NCBI GenBank assembly: GCA_010093815.1
Contig: ML996569.1
Direction: 5' to 3' (one strand)
DNA from: Pseudovirgaria hyperparasitica
Taxonomy: Eukaryota
Length of the DNA stretch: 64,000 bases
The notes beneath the pieces were generated by a model that was not told the origin of the DNA, did no database searches, and saw only the letters and a program-made list of their open reading frames with translations. Below, one piece after another: positions 60,038 to 64,000 of this stretch (positions within the stretch are counted from its first letter, which is position 1; the number at the start of each line of letters is the position of its first letter). Both the position numbers and the translations under genes were made by a program.

Positions 60038-60189
60038 GGACTGGGGGACTGGGGGACTGACTGGGGGACTGACTGACTGACTGACTGACTGACTGACTGA
60101 CTGACTGACTGACTGACTGACTAACTAACTAACTGACTGACTGACTGACTAACTAACTAACTGACTGACTGACTGACTGACTGACTAAC
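60038..60189. repeat. (GACT)n/(AACT)n tetranucleotide microsatellite with GGGGG-containing start
   Basis: Read directly. Confidence 0.95.
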
Positions 60190-60971
60190 TTATCCACCTA
60201 CCACTCCTCTCCTTCCGTCATCACTGAGAAAATACATCTCAAAAGACAAGACAACACACGACGCATGCATGCATGCAACTCGACACCACACGTACCCATA
60301 CCTATACAAAAGACGTCAGTCATTATTAGCACTAGAGAATATGAGAATAAAGTTCAAGACAGGAGGACTGCAAAAAAGACTGGAGTATTGACTTGAGCTA
60401 GTGTAGGTAGGTAGTAGTATCCGTACGATAAATACCACTGCCATGAATTCCCAATTGTCAATTCACAATTCACAATCCACAATCCACAGTCCGCATTCCA
60501 TTCTCATCCAACGGGGACAGGCAAATAAACGCCATGCCCACTAATTCGATTGCTATACTACCACCACCACCCTTACCACCACCCTTACCACCACCACCCA
60601 CTCCTCCTCCTCCTCTGACAAAGAACAAAAGAAAGATGTACAGTCGCGACGCGGGCCGGCAGTCTTTTCTCCTCCCAATTCCCGATCCGGCCGGCAGTCT
60701 ACATGGTGATAATGTATAAAATCTCCTCCGGCAACCTGCTTTGCCACACCACTACAGACTCATGCGCACTCCAAATATGCTGCAAGGTGTAATTATTCCC
60801 CCAAAACGCCTGATGATGCTTGTTTTTTGTTCAAGACTGGTTCTGCAGGCCGCGTGGGGCCCACGCCAATCTAGAAAGGTGTGCTCTTCAAAGCAAAGGG
60901 GGGTATACCGTATAGTAGAAGCCAAAGTCCGAATGTGAACGAACCCCAAAAGATTTTGCTCTAAGAAAGTC

Positions 60972-62775
60972 CTAGTCAAGGTTTTCCGGCCGTTTGACTG
61001 GTGATGCTCGTGCAGGGCTGTCGACCATGGGCGGTTGTGGTGAAGGGAATAATTGGCCGGCAGGAATGCTCAGACTATGGTTGATGAGATGACGGGTGGT
61101 CTGCCGCGGAGGAAGGTCGCTGCCCGATCTCGAGTCTTCTGATGGCTCCGAAGATAAGACGGGTTGATAGTCTACTGCGGCAAGATGTGCATCCCTCCTT
61201 GCATCTTCGTTCATCTGTTTGATCTTGATCCAATTATAGGTCCCGATGCTGGCAATGGTGATGATGAGGCCGGAAATGTTGACCGGTGTAAGTGTGTCTT
61301 CGAAGACAAGCGAAGCAGTGGTAATCATTACGACCTCCTTGAATATGCCGCAGATAGACAAGGTTACGACGCTAGTCCGCTTCAGCAGAGCGAATTCCGA
61401 GACAGTCATGCAAAATGCGAGACAACCCGGGAAGAGCAGAATCAAGACACCCATAAGCTTGCCGCGCGCCTCCATCAAAGTGTGCAGACCCTCCATGAGT
61501 GCAGGGACTCCTTCAACAGGCAACGCAAGCACCAGCAGACAGACAAACATGACGGGCGCGAGGAAGAAGCTGGTAGAGAAGGGATTGGAAGTAGCGGGGT
61601 TGCGGAGGAGAAGGATTTGAGTGAGGGACCAGCGGAAGCCTGAAGCGCAAGAGGCGGTCATGACGAGGATGAAACCGAGAAGCCTGAATGCAGTCTCTCC
61701 AAAGACCATCATAATCACACCAACGGTCATTGTTGCTATTATGCCCACAAGCTTCCATGAAGGCTTCTCGAGGCGGAAAAGGAATGCGAAAATAAGGACG
61801 AAACCCAAGGCGGACGATTTACACATGGCTGGCGTAATGTTAGTGAATTTGAGTCGGTTCGCAACAGTGTGTAGACTTACTGAAAAATGTCAATGAGATG
61901 AACTTCAGACTCATGTTTCCTAGCCCAATATCTAGCGCGTTACCGATGCCACAAGGACCAATACGAGTAATGTAAAACCATTTCGTCATCAAAGGCTTCT
62001 TCGGATCAATAGAGTCTTGCCGCGCAGAAGCGCTATTGTGTGAGTTGATTGAGTCGTTTCGTGGTCGTAGGGAAGGGAAGATGAAGAGAACAAGTGAGGC
62101 TAGTGTGAATTGCACGACCTGGTGCAGACATGTGGTAAAGAGAGGGTAAGGAAAGATGTTTGGTTTATCGGGATTCGAGTCGTCTTTGAACATCCATTTG
62201 TTGTACTGCAGACCTGTTAGCAAGGCGAGTGAGGGCGAGCTGGAGAGAGGGAAGAAGTTACTAAAGATATGGCGACTGAAAAGAGATACCTGAAGAATTG
62301 TCAGCATCAAGTCAAGTAGCGCGCGAAAAGACAGCAAGACGTCATACCAAAGACATATAAGAACGGTATTTATGACCACCTCTCGTATCACAACCCTCCT
62401 TGCCAGTTTTGCCTCGGAATGGGAGATGGTAGTGTCACCAGCAATACGCTCATCCAGGTGTGTGTTCCGCCTCTTTCTCCGACGACGCTTCTGTCTCTCC
62501 TTGCCCGTCAAGCCAGTCTCTTCGTCGTCTTCCAGACCGTCGTCTGAGCGTGGAGTGTCCCCATCCGAACCGGAACCAGCAGAGTTTGCAGAACCGGAAA
62601 CATAGTCATCTGAGTAGGCTTCTTCGTCGTCTTCTGGGATATTGCCAGAATTGTGTGGTTTTCGGCGTGGCCTCTTGCTTGACGGTTTCAGACTGCCTTG
62701 ACCAAAGACGCTTGCAACGCTTGCTAGGGAGGAGCTCCTTCGACGGGCGTGGCTATGGGTACCATCGCCGCCCAT
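60972..62775 (-). CDS. Nucleotide-sugar/triose-phosphate transporter family protein (SLC35C2/Ymd8-like)
   Basis: Acidic N-terminus DDGLEDDEETGLT, LWYLFSVAISLYNKWMF (28-nt exon 62289-62262), FPYPLFTTCLH.VVQF, ALDIGLGNMSLKFISLTF, MCKSSALGFVLIFAFLFRLE, SGFRWSLTQILL, GIFKEV. An upstream in-frame ATG at 62994 is an alternative start. Confidence 0.9.
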
Positions 62776-63073
62776 CTTCTCCGAAGAAGGGGTTAACAAG
62801 TGACGGTGCGGAAGTCGGCGAATGTTTGCGGAGTCGGAGGAAGAGTGGGAGGGATAGGAGGTCAGAGGAAGGCCGTGGTCGTGGCCGTGGTCGTGGTCGT
62901 GGGTGGGAGAAAGGATGGGAGAGGAAGAACAATTCAAGTTTGTGGAGTGAAGAGGAGCTAGAAGTCTGGAGAGGAGAGGAGGAGTGGTGGTCATGATCTA
63001 TGGGTCTATGGGTCGAATGGGAGAGAGAGCAGAGCCTGAGGAATGAGCGGACTGTGCATCTGTGTGCTCGGAC

Positions 63074-63074
<1 letters not shown>

Positions 63075-63125
<51 letters not shown>

Positions 63126-63151
63126 TGTGTGTCTGTGTGTCTGTGTGTGTG
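63075..63151. repeat. (GT)n microsatellite in the leader/promoter of the transporter gene
   Basis: Read directly. Confidence 0.95.
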
Positions 63152-64000
63152 CTGGTTGACTTTCAGGTGCACGAGCTGCTTGCACTCTTCCAAGGTTTTG
63201 GGCGGGTGGTTTGGGTGGATTAATAGGTGGGTTAGGTGGGTAATGGTAGGGTAGTTGGTAGGGTAGTTTGGTGGTGGTAGGGTACTATTAGGTGGTAGGG
63301 TTGGCGAGGTTAATCGGGCGGGCTTTGCGGGTACTGACTGTTAGAGGTAGCTCACAGTAATTATTAATTAGCTGTGTGGTCTGCCAGTCTGCCTCTCTCC
63401 ACTAGGGCTCTACCTCTCTCTGCCAAGCACCGCTCCTCTCGCGGGTTCGACGGCCAGATGCTGCTGATTATATATTAAAAATATCTCACACTCTCCTGCT
63501 GCAGTTTTGCCGACTGCCACGAAGCAAAAAGAAAAACAAATATTAATAATGATGAGAGCCGGTGGTGATGAACAACACTCGCCGCCCCCTGTTTGTCTGT
63601 TTGTCTCTCTCCGTGTGTCTCGCTCCCCTTACTCAACTCTCTCTCTCTCCCTTCCCCGCATCAACAACAAAACTCACTGGGTCCATCCGGCTTAGCGAAC
63701 ACCGGACTGCCCTCTACTACTCTCTAGTGCAGCCTCCTGTTCACTCTAATGCAAGTCCTCCTCGCGTGACTGTTTTATTATATACCTTTCATCATTGTTA
63801 TCATTCCTCTGTGCCTGTCCAGACAGTAGACCTCCACTGAAAGCCCTGCAGCAGTTTCTGTGCTACCAAGCCACGTCCATGTCACAGGGCGGTTATGCCA
63901 TGTCGCGATATGTCACACTACCTGGCTCTCTTTTGCTTGGCTAAGGATTTGGCTAGGTCTGTGATGCCGGCGAATTTCCATCAGGAACGATAATGGTCCG

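Noticed and set aside
62753..63254. HT- and CV-repeat ORFs (apparent metal-binding peptides)
   Set aside because: Translations of the (GT)n microsatellite.

Overview
Gene-dense genomic DNA from a filamentous ascomycete (Pezizomycotina). The evidence is short ~50-nt GT-AG introns with CTRAC/CTAAC branch points, a Zn2Cys6 factor and a GH54 enzyme. The class (possibly Dothideomycetes) cannot be fixed from this window. Recognisable genes, left to right: CFT2/CPSF2 (3'-truncated by the window edge), an AT-hook + Zn2Cys6/Fungal_trans_2 transcription factor, an ~8-kb gene-poor interval, PRP6, an HGT1-like sugar porter, MSH2, two orphan genes (a CxxC protein and a secreted three-repeat cysteine protein), ADA1, GCN1, a DHX29/DHX57-like DEAH helicase, HIS7, IMP3, UTP18, an inositol monophosphatase, an orphan AT-hook/basic protein, a GH54-CBM42 arabinofuranosidase and an SLC35C2/TPT-family transporter. 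The right end is microsatellite-rich and contains an assembly gap. No rRNA, tRNA, CRISPR or intact transposon was seen. The best leads are: (1) a structured intron in the splicing factor PRP6, in which both the 5' splice site and a branch-point motif can be hairpin-sequestered (candidate autoregulatory switch); (2) a 183-bp tandem duplication at the IMP3 3' end whose only two differences are CpA>TpA (RIP-like); (3) three orphan proteins; (4) clustered cis-elements (CreA, MCB, Gcn4). Gene identities come from motif recall, not database searches. Exon boundaries were read by eye.
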